From the NCBI GenBank assembly GCA_013360745.1, contig JABWBA010000007.1:2945-66944 (forward strand): DNA of 64,000 nt. The letters run 5' to 3'. Position 1 is the first letter of the stretch, and every line of letters starts with the position of its first letter. Of the stretch, positions 56,763 through 64,000 are shown one piece after another. The DNA is from Chthonomonadales bacterium. Lineage in GTDB: Bacteria > Armatimonadota > Chthonomonadetes > Chthonomonadales > CAJBBX01. Under the pieces are notes generated by a model. That model searched no databases and was not told the origin of the DNA. It worked only from the letters and a program-made list of their open reading frames with translations. A program made the translations under genes and the position numbers.

Positions 56763-57558
56763 ATCCTCGCCCCCCCGGCGTCGGCCCAACGTACGTCGAC
56801 GCCCCCAGACCCGAGCTTCAGGCGGGGGGTTCCTCGTCTCCGCGTTCAAGGCGATCGCACTCGCCGCGGCCGCCTTCGTGTTCGGCGCCGGCGCCCTCGC
56901 CATCTACATGTTCGTCACACGCGAGCCCGATAAGCCGAATAGGGCCGATGCCCCTCCTCCGGCCGTCCGACAGCAGGCGCCCGTCCGGGATGCGCCCGTA
57001 CGTCGGCGCCGGCCCCGACGCCCGGAGCCGGATGACGCCGGCGGAACGATCGTCAAACCGCTCCGCCGAAGCGCCCCTCGCTCCCAGGTCGAGCGCACGG
57101 CGCCGAGCGCCCCTCGCCCCGAACAGACAGCCGACAGCCTATCGGAATCGGGCAACCAACCGGATCGCCGGGTTGCGTCGGATCCTGCCGACGCGCGCGC
57201 CGAATCGCCTCCCCCGAGGCGAAACGAATCCCGATCCGACGAGACCGCCGACCGCCGATCCCAACGACGGTCGCCCGAAGCCGATTCCTCGGCCCCGCCG
57301 CCCCCATCCAAGCGAAGACGGGACGTGCGGGTTGCCGCGCCCCCACGCCGCTCCGACGATCGATCTGCATCGGCGTCCGCTGCGACTACGCCTCCCAAAC
57401 GTCGCGACACCGGCAGGGCATCGAGCTCCGAGGCCGCTCCCGAGCGAAGGACAACGCGAGCCGCGCCCGCATCCCCATCGCCCAACGAGCGACGCAAGGC
57501 GAAACCTCCGACCCGCCCGAAGGACCGGATACAGCGGGGCGAAAGCCTGCCCGATTAA
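56746..57558 (+). CDS. membrane-anchored, Arg/Pro/Ser/Asp-rich low-complexity protein
   Basis: A basic N-terminus and one TM helix (FKAIALAAAAFVFGAGALAIYMF) are followed by about 200 aa of low-complexity sequence. The GTG start overlaps the metG end by 17 nt. Confidence 0.45.
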   Translation: MRRSARSSPPRRRPNVRRRPQTRASGGGFLVSAFKAIALAAAAFVFGAGALAIYMFVTREPDKPNRADAPPPAVRQQAPVRDAPVRRRRPRRPEPDDAGGTIVKPLRRSAPRSQVERTAPSAPRPEQTADSLSESGNQPDRRVASDPADARAESPPPRRNESRSDETADRRSQRRSPEADSSAPPPPSKRRRDVRVAAPPRRSDDRSASASAATTPPKRRDTGRASSSEAAPERRTTRAAPASPSPNERRKAKPPTRPKDRIQRGESLPD

Positions 57559-57560
57559 CG

Positions 57561-58175
57561 GTGCAACCGATGCGAATCGGACTCCTCGGCGGCACCTTTG
57601 ATCCCATCCACAACGCCCACCTCTTCATCGCCGAGGACGTCGCCGCCCGGTTTCGTCTCGATCACCTCCGGATCATCCCCAACGGCTCCCCGCCCCACAA
57701 GCAGGACAGCCCCACCACGCCAGCCCATCATCGCCTCAGGATGGCGCGGCTCGCCGCCGCCGAGGCGTCCAACGTGGACGCGGACGGCATCGAGGTAGAA
57801 CGCCCAGGCCCCTCCTACACCGTCGATACCCTGCGCGAGCTAAGGTCCGCCCATCCGAACGCCGAGCTCGTCTTCATCACCGGCATCGACGCCATCGCCG
57901 AGATCCAGACGTGGAAGGAGCCGTACGAGGTTCTGAACCTGTGCACCATGGTCGCCGTCCATCGGCCCGGTTTTCCCGTCGACATCCTCGATGCAGCGCT
58001 CCCAGAGCCCCTGAGACGACGGATCATCATCCATGACATCCCCGAGATCGGGATTTCCTCAACGATGATCCGGAATCGGGTCGCGTCCGGCCTGCCCATC
58101 CGCCACCTGACGCCCGACTCCGTGGTGGAGTACATCCTCCGTCATGGCCTCTACACCGACCGCAGAACTCCATAG
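57561..58175 (+). CDS. nadD: nicotinate-nucleotide adenylyltransferase
   Basis: GLLGGTFDPIHNAHL signature and the ISST(M/L)IR block (ISSTMIRNR). Confidence 0.93.
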   Translation: MQPMRIGLLGGTFDPIHNAHLFIAEDVAARFRLDHLRIIPNGSPPHKQDSPTTPAHHRLRMARLAAAEASNVDADGIEVERPGPSYTVDTLRELRSAHPNAELVFITGIDAIAEIQTWKEPYEVLNLCTMVAVHRPGFPVDILDAALPEPLRRRIIIHDIPEIGISSTMIRNRVASGLPIRHLTPDSVVEYILRHGLYTDRRTP

Positions 58176-58295
58176 ATCGAGTCCGTTCGGATCTGCGCCG
58201 AAGGGTGGAACCAACGACCGGCGACATGCGTCCTGTTTATTGCGCCGTAACACCTGGGTGTATTCCCCGCGCCTCTGCGCATCGGAGATCAACCT

Positions 58296-58688
58296 ATGAC
58301 GCTGCTCAACCTCGGCAAACCGCTGAACGCCGATGTCACCTCCTCCATCGCCGCCCTTTGCGGCAGCAAACTGAGGCGAGTGATCGATCTCGATCCCAAG
58401 ATGAACGACTCCACGCCCCTTCCACCGCAGGTCCGGGCTCTTCTCGACTCCGTAGGATTCACGGCCAGAGCGTGGAGCGAGACCCAGGTGGTCCTGAGTC
58501 TGCCCGAAGACCCGGTACTCGCCACCGTCCTCGTCGCGGAGATCGCCGGGCTGCGAGGCAGAGCCCCGAGGATCGTTCGCTACCGATGGAATGAAAGCGG
58601 CGCCCGCGAACCCATCGAAGTGATCAGCCTCCACGAAGTCCGCAAAGCCTCTCGAGAACAGCGAAAGAGCGCCATCCGGCCCGCATAA
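58296..58688 (+). CDS. hypothetical 130-aa protein (possible Csx15-like fold family)
   Basis: The pattern MTLLNLGKPL.......I..L.G....RVID.......D......QV..LLD..G.....W......L.LP......VLVAEI.GL.G..P.IVR.R resembles my recollection of the small CRISPR-associated Csx15 family. Unverified. Confidence 0.5.
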   Translation: MTLLNLGKPLNADVTSSIAALCGSKLRRVIDLDPKMNDSTPLPPQVRALLDSVGFTARAWSETQVVLSLPEDPVLATVLVAEIAGLRGRAPRIVRYRWNESGAREPIEVISLHEVRKASREQRKSAIRPA

Positions 58689-58779
58689 TCCGACGGAAGC
58701 CTTCCACCTCCATTCCGCTCTGCCGAACCCGTCCACCGGCAGGCAGGAGGCGGCGCCATGCGACGGCGAAGATAGGAGC

Positions 58780-60120
58780 GTGAGCCGAAGGGACGCCCTG
58801 CAGATCGGAGCCGACGCGCGCAACAAGGCCGCCCGTGATGCCCTGAGCATCTATCGAGCTGGCGTCGAAGCCGTCCGCGCAGACGCCGTTCTGGGACGGA
58901 CGATCTCCATCCAGGGCCCGAACCTCCGCCTCGGCGCCCTGACGTTCCGGCGGGAAGCGTACCGCCGCATCGTCCTGCTCGGCGCCGGCAAGGCCTCCGC
59001 AGCGATGGCCGGAGCCGCCGAGGACATCCTGGGCGATTGGGTCACAGACGGCCTTGTGGTGACCAGAGAAGGCCACGGTGAGGATCTCCGCCGTGTCCGG
59101 ACCCTCTTTGCCGGCCATCCGGTGCCCGATGAAGGCTCCCTGGCCGCGGGCAGGGCCATGGCGGAGCTCGCCGGCGGCATGACCTCCGACGACCTCGCGA
59201 TTGTCCTGCTGTCCGGAGGCGCCTCGGCGCTCCTCGAACTGCCCGTGGCCGGCATCGATCTCGACCACCTCCGCGCGACCAACACGGCGCTCCTGCGGTG
59301 CGGGGCGACGATCGACGAGGTCAACGCCGTGCGCCGATGCCTGTCCAGGATCAAGGCCGGCGGCCTGACCCGACTCCTTGCGCCCGCCCGAATCGTCTGT
59401 CTCGTCCTCTCCGACGTCCTCGGCGACCCCCTGTCGGTCATCGGCTCGGGCCCCTGCTGGACGGAATCCTCCTCGGCCCCGTCCGGCCTCGCGACCATGG
59501 AGCGCTACGGCCTCGAACAAGAGCTGCCCCAGCCGGTGGTGAGCCGTCTCCGTCAGGCCCAACCGCCGAGCGACAGCGGCCCTCCCGTGGATCACATCAT
59601 TGTCGGGAACATCCGAACGGCAGTAGACGCCGCGCGCGCCCGGGCGGCGGAACTGGGGTATACGCCCGCGGTCCTCACGGCCGCCATGGAGGGAGAAGCT
59701 CGGGTCATCGGGGCCCTGGCGGGCGCCATGGTGCGGGATCGCCCATGGACCCTGGAGTCCAGTCCCGTCAACTGCCTGATCATGGGCGGCGAGACGACAG
59801 TCACCGTGCGGGGCAGCGGCATCGGCGGGCGATGTCAGGAGTTCGCCTGCGCCGCCATGCGGTCCCTATCGGGCGTGGAGGACGCAGCCCTTCTCGTCGC
59901 CGGCACCGACGGGACGGACGGTCCCACCGACGCGGCCGGCGCCCTGATCGACGGACGGAGCCTCGACCTCGCGCTGGGGCAGGGGCTTACGCCAGAGCAA
60001 GCCCTCGCCGCAAACGACACCTACACCTTCCTAAACGCCGCCGACTCGCTGATCCGCACCGGCCCCACCGGCACCAACGTCGGCGATCTCGTCATCGGGC
60101 TCCTGGCCCCCAGCGCCTAG
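58780..60120 (+). CDS. glycerate 2-kinase / hydroxypyruvate-reductase-like protein (DUF4147 plus MOFRL domains)
   Basis: LLGAGKASAAMA, LLSGGASAL, GGETTVTVRGSGIGGRCQEFA, AGTDGTDGPTDAAGA. Confidence 0.85.
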   Translation: MSRRDALQIGADARNKAARDALSIYRAGVEAVRADAVLGRTISIQGPNLRLGALTFRREAYRRIVLLGAGKASAAMAGAAEDILGDWVTDGLVVTREGHGEDLRRVRTLFAGHPVPDEGSLAAGRAMAELAGGMTSDDLAIVLLSGGASALLELPVAGIDLDHLRATNTALLRCGATIDEVNAVRRCLSRIKAGGLTRLLAPARIVCLVLSDVLGDPLSVIGSGPCWTESSSAPSGLATMERYGLEQELPQPVVSRLRQAQPPSDSGPPVDHIIVGNIRTAVDAARARAAELGYTPAVLTAAMEGEARVIGALAGAMVRDRPWTLESSPVNCLIMGGETTVTVRGSGIGGRCQEFACAAMRSLSGVEDAALLVAGTDGTDGPTDAAGALIDGRSLDLALGQGLTPEQALAANDTYTFLNAADSLIRTGPTGTNVGDLVIGLLAPSA

Positions 60121-61466
60121 GCCCGCGCGAGCGCTCCCATCGGATCCCACGGCGGCAGCGCCACCGGCTCCATCGCCAGGATCTCCAGCAGCTCCGGCGA
60201 CAGGTACCGCTTCTCCACCGCCACCTCGTAGTTGTACTCGTCGAACCACGGGTCGGTCATGACCATGAAGCCCTTGTTGCCCGGCTTGTCGCCCCAGCTG
60301 TTCTCCACCCGCCACTTCGTCGGACGATCCGCCTCATCGAGATCCACGCCCGTAAACACCATCGCGTGGTTCATGGCGCTCTGGCCGTAATCGAGCCGCT
60401 CCGCTTTGTCCAGACCGAACTCCAGACCGTATACCGGCTCATACTCGAACAGGTCCAGATCCAGCAGCCCCAGATCCCGATCGAACATCTTGCCCACATC
60501 GCACCCAAACCAGACCGGCTTGCCGTCTTTGAGCATGGCCACCGCCGCCTGTTTCATCACCTCAAGGCCGACGTTCAGGTACCGGATGATCTCCCCCTCA
60601 ACCACGTTGCCCAGGTAGCTGATGGTGTACACCGTATCGAAGCGTTTCGACGCCTGCGGACAGTGGATCAGACAGACCATGTCGTCCAGGTTCGGTTGAA
60701 CGTAGCGATCCGTGAACGCTCGGGGCGTCAGTTCGCCGTCCCGATGAAAGGCCTTCTCCGAATCGCGCCATTGCCACGGAAAGGAGGCAGGCGGCACGCC
60801 CAGGTGGATGCACAGCATCCTGTAGACCTCCGACAGCATGCGCTCCTTATGGCCCCGGAGCTCAACCTCCCCATGGCCCTGCCGATGCAATCGCCGAAGG
60901 AGCGCCGCGTACTCCCGAAGCTTCAGCGTGATCCGCTCGTTCATCACGCCGGTGGAACTGCTGCTCTCCGTCTCCGGCATGACCGACTTGGGCACGACCC
61001 CGTACTTGCGGACCAGGTTGGCGAACATGTCCCATTGCCCGCCGTCCTGAATCGGGGCCTGCACCAGCCACTGGATCAGTCGGCCGTCGGTATCCTCGTC
61101 CAGAGTCGATAGGATGCTCTCGAGGAAGTAGTTGGCCTTCTCCAGCTTGTCCCAGAACATCAGGTAGTTCTGCGAGAACTCGAAGTTCTCGAGGCCCATC
61201 CGCTCCGCCGTCTCCATGCGCCACGTGTTCAGCCCCGCGAAAAGCCAGCAGCGGCCGCTGGCGTTCTGGCTCGTCGCCTCGCCGGCCTTCACCATGTGGG
61301 AAAACGTATGGTTGCAGCGAACGACCGCCTCGCGGTTCATGCTGATTGCGCGGACAGACGTCTTCGTCACGGCGTTCATCGCCGCGCGATGGACGGGGTC
61401 CGCAGTAAAACGTTGTCGATATATGTCGAGTTGCTTCTCGGTAATGGCTGCGCCGGTTTCAGGCAA
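60117..61466 (-). CDS. pepC: aminopeptidase C / bleomycin hydrolase (C1-like cysteine peptidase)
   Basis: Catalytic Cys block QNASGRCWLFAGLN, the His block MNHAMVFTG and ENSWG. Confidence 0.9.
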   Translation of the reverse strand: MPETGAAITEKQLDIYRQRFTADPVHRAAMNAVTKTSVRAISMNREAVVRCNHTFSHMVKAGEATSQNASGRCWLFAGLNTWRMETAERMGLENFEFSQNYLMFWDKLEKANYFLESILSTLDEDTDGRLIQWLVQAPIQDGGQWDMFANLVRKYGVVPKSVMPETESSSSTGVMNERITLKLREYAALLRRLHRQGHGEVELRGHKERMLSEVYRMLCIHLGVPPASFPWQWRDSEKAFHRDGELTPRAFTDRYVQPNLDDMVCLIHCPQASKRFDTVYTISYLGNVVEGEIIRYLNVGLEVMKQAAVAMLKDGKPVWFGCDVGKMFDRDLGLLDLDLFEYEPVYGLEFGLDKAERLDYGQSAMNHAMVFTGVDLDEADRPTKWRVENSWGDKPGNKGFMVMTDPWFDEYNYEVAVEKRYLSPELLEILAMEPVALPPWDPMGALARA

Positions 61467-61632
61467 GGCTTTACTCCTGTTGGTTCCGGCCAGAGAGCCT
61501 CACCACGGTCCTTCAGGCTCACTCCGGTCGATCACGAGATGCCCATAGAGTACCGCGTTCCGGCGGGTTCCCGGGTCACGCTGGCCGCAATGCTCCAGAT
61601 CGCCGGCGGTCGGCTACGCAGCGATCGACAGT

Positions 61633-62757
61633 TCACAGGCAGAACCGTTCGATCCTTCCTGCCTCGACTCGGAACAGGCCCGCCTGCGACAGGATCTCAT
61701 CGGGAAAACCGCGCAGGTTGGTGCAGGTGATGAACGTCTGACAACGCCCGCTCAGCCGACGAAGCAGCCTGCGGCGACGCTGATCGTCCAGATCCGACAT
61801 CACATCGTCCAGCAGCAGAACCGGTTCTTCGCCGCTGACCGCCTCGATATAGTCCAGTTCCGCCAGTTTTATACTCAGGACGACGGTCCGCTGCTGCCCC
61901 TGCGAGCCGTAGACCCGAGCTTCAAGGCCATTGATCGCGAACCTCAGGTCGTCTCTCTGAGGACCGGCCAGCGTGGTGCCGCGCCGTAGTTCCTCCTCCG
62001 CAACCCGCTGCAGGGCCTCTTCGTACCGCTCCTTTGCGAGCTCCGGCCCGTCGTCCGCCTGCAGCGATGGATTCGGATGGTAATGAACGCTGAGATCCTC
62101 CGCGCCGTCGCTGAGCTCCCGATGCGATTGACCGGCCAGTTCCGACATCTCCTGCACAAAGTCCCGCCGATGCAGGAGCAATCCGATCCCGTACCGGACG
62201 AGCTGGGACGTCCATGCATCGAGACCGCTGTTGGCCGACCATCGTTCACGGAGAGACTTCAGGAGCTTATTGCGCTGCAGCAGGATCCGTTTGTATGCGC
62301 CGAGGTCCTGCAGGTAGGGCAGGGATGTCTGGGCTAGGGCAAGGTCCATATGCCGGCGTCGACAGGAAGGTTCTCCGGTGATCAGCCTGAGATCCTGCGC
62401 GGCAAACACGACCGCGCGCAGAACACCCAGAAGATCGACGGCGCGCTCGGTGGACGCGGCGTTGATGGAGGCGTGTTTCTGTTCACTTCGGCCTAGAGTA
62501 AGCGCGATCCTGGCGGAGCTGCCGTCGCTCTGTCGGACCGTCGCTGAGGCCCTGGACTGGCTCTGACCGCTCTGGATGACTTCCGTGTCGCGGACGGTGC
62601 GGAAGCTCTTCGTCGTCGCAAGCATGTAGATCGCTTCGAGCAGGTTGCTTTTTCCCTGGGCGTTGTCGCCGACGAGGATATTGACCCCGGGGACGGGCTC
62701 AACATGCAGGCTCGGATAGTTCCGAAATCGGTCTAGGGAGATCTCTTCGATGAGCAT
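61633..62757 (-). CDS. recF: DNA replication and repair protein RecF
   Basis: L..FRNY, Walker A GDNAQGKSNLLEA, the signature GSQGQQRT and Walker B LLLDDV.SDLD. Confidence 0.95.
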   Translation of the reverse strand: MLIEEISLDRFRNYPSLHVEPVPGVNILVGDNAQGKSNLLEAIYMLATTKSFRTVRDTEVIQSGQSQSRASATVRQSDGSSARIALTLGRSEQKHASINAASTERAVDLLGVLRAVVFAAQDLRLITGEPSCRRRHMDLALAQTSLPYLQDLGAYKRILLQRNKLLKSLRERWSANSGLDAWTSQLVRYGIGLLLHRRDFVQEMSELAGQSHRELSDGAEDLSVHYHPNPSLQADDGPELAKERYEEALQRVAEEELRRGTTLAGPQRDDLRFAINGLEARVYGSQGQQRTVVLSIKLAELDYIEAVSGEEPVLLLDDVMSDLDDQRRRRLLRRLSGRCQTFITCTNLRGFPDEILSQAGLFRVEAGRIERFCL

Positions 62758-62997
62758 CCGGTCCGATTCTCAGTGTGGATTCATTATCAAAGAGTTATGG
62801 CTTATAGATAGAACCGACGATGTTGATGTCGGTGTGCGCAGTGTGCGTAACGTGCAGCTGCTGAAGGATTGAGCGTGGGAACTATACACCGCGCGAGGGG
62901 CTGACACGCAGCGCTCCAACAGAATCGCTTGCGCACGGACCGGGATGATCGCCGATAGGAGAGGTTGAGCGATGGGTACCGCGTAACTGGTGCGTAA

Positions 62998-64000
62998 TCA
63001 CCGACTGAGCCGGGATCGAAGGCTGAGGACCATATTTCGCAGCTCGGAATCCCGCGTGAGAGAACTCTCGATCTTTTGCGCGGCTCTCTGTATCGTCGTG
63101 TGATCGCGGCCGCCAAAGGCCTCCCCGATCGCGCGGCAGGAGTCACCGCAGAGCTCCCGGGCCAGGTAGACCGCGATCTGCCGGGCCCGGGTTGTAGGCG
63201 TATCGCGACGATGGCTCCGAATCGCTTCAGCCGTCGTGGCGAAGGCCTCGGCGACCGCTTCGATGACGGTGTCGATCTCGAGCCGGGGTTTGGCCGTCAC
63301 CGGCCGTTTGTCGATGTAGAAATGGGTGAGCACGGACCGCGCGAGATCGATGCTGACCGGCTCGCCCAGGACGGAGCTGTGGACGGCGAGGCGTGTCAGC
63401 GCGCCCTCCAGCGCGCGTACGTTGGATTGGATGGCCTCCGCGATGAAGTAGAGGACGTCCTCGGGGATGGCCCATCCTTCCGTCTGGCAGATGCGCAGGA
63501 GGATCGCCACGCGGGTTTCGACGGCAGGCGGAGAGACATCGGCGATCAGGCCCTGCTCGAATCGGGTCCGCAGCCGGTTGTCCATCGTTCTGAGCTCGCG
63601 AGGCGTCGTATCGCTCGTAACGACGATCTGCCGGCGCGTTTGATGCAGAGCGTTGAACGTGTGGAAGAACTCCTCCTTGGTGTGTTCCTTGCCGGCGATG
63701 GACTGGATGTCGTCGACCAGCCACACATCGACGCTCCGGAAATAGCGCCGGAAGAGATCGAAGCTCTTCTCACGAAGCGATCGGACGTAGTAATGCGTGA
63801 AGGTCTCGCCGTCGATGAGCGCGATGCGGAGCCCGTTATTGATCTCGTGCAGCCGTCGGGCGATCGAGTGGAGCAGGTGGGTTTTGCCCAGGCCCGAGGG
63901 GCCATAGACGAAGAGCGGGTTGAAGTGCCGGCCCGGCTCCGAGGCCACCTGTTCCGCCGCGGTATAGGCCAGCCGGTTGCTCTGATCAACGATAAACGTA
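62998..64000 (-). CDS. dnaA: chromosomal replication initiator DnaA, C-terminal two-thirds (N-terminus lies beyond the window)
   Basis: The frame stays open to the window edge (TFIVDQSNRLAYTAAEQV precedes the track start). AAA+ Walker A GPSGLGKTHLL, Walker B WLVDDIQ, and the C-terminal DnaA-box-binding helix DHTTIQRA. Confidence 0.97.
   Translation of the reverse strand, partial: TFIVDQSNRLAYTAAEQVASEPGRHFNPLFVYGPSGLGKTHLLHSIARRLHEINNGLRIALIDGETFTHYYVRSLREKSFDLFRRYFRSVDVWLVDDIQSIAGKEHTKEEFFHTFNALHQTRRQIVVTSDTTPRELRTMDNRLRTRFEQGLIADVSPPAVETRVAILLRICQTEGWAIPEDVLYFIAEAIQSNVRALEGALTRLAVHSSVLGEPVSIDLARSVLTHFYIDKRPVTAKPRLEIDTVIEAVAEAFATTAEAIRSHRRDTPTTRARQIAVYLARELCGDSCRAIGEAFGGRDHTTIQRAAQKIESSLTRDSELRNMVLSLRSRLSR

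Noticed and set aside
59298-61112. 604-aa + strand ORF overlapping the glycerate-kinase 3-prime half and antisense to pepC
   Set aside because: It is out of frame with the glycerate-kinase motifs and antisense to a clear C1 peptidase. Its composition is dominated by Arg, Pro and His.
62832-62849. Tandem GTGTGCGCA / GTGTGCGTA as DnaA boxes
   Set aside because: They match the TGTGGATAA consensus at only 5-7 of 9 positions, and such G/T/C-rich 9-mers are expected by chance here. They are mentioned under the dnaA-recF spacer finding but not annotated as features.

Overview
A visibly GC-rich, densely coding bacterial chromosomal segment. G/C dominates third codon positions, and this produces many long spurious antisense ORFs in the six-frame track. 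No rRNA, tRNA, CRISPR array, transposase or integrase was recognised by eye. Left to right: (1) 1-26 kb holds housekeeping and envelope genes: the iPGM tail, Tat-signal Gfo/Idh/MocA oxidoreductase, HD hydrolase, methyltransferase, class II aldolase plus sugar isomerase, PEP carboxylase, serine hydrolase, DPP-IV-type peptidase, a transsulfuration enzyme, an orphan peptide-binding protein, a PEP-CTERM protein behind a near-consensus promoter, a PrsA-like lipoprotein, a YabN-type MazG fusion, serS, a DUF1080 protein and a pair of SPFH proteins. (2) 26.3-38.1 kb is a + strand glycan-type locus: DegT aminotransferase, NDP-sugar pyrophosphorylase, DUF4432 epimerase-like protein, WecB/TagA transferase and a Tat oxidoreductase. 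It ends in a 13-copy solenoid-repeat protein and a 1430-aa multi-CBM, GH42-like protein. (3) 38.2-45.7 kb is the most interesting part. It is a 7.5 kb, 12-gene, tightly translationally coupled phage-like head and DNA-packaging cassette with portal, scaffold, major capsid, large terminase, a spike-base/LamG pair and head-completion-like proteins. It has no tail, lysogeny, replication or lysis genes, and host genes flank it on both sides. (4) 45.8-64 kb is an origin-type neighbourhood: parA, parB plus a palindromic parS-like site, DUF721, Pat-type acetyltransferase, a vWA protein, metG, nadD, glycerate kinase, pepC, recF and a partial dnaA with no dnaN between dnaA and recF. All functional calls rest on motif recognition in the supplied translations, not on database searches.
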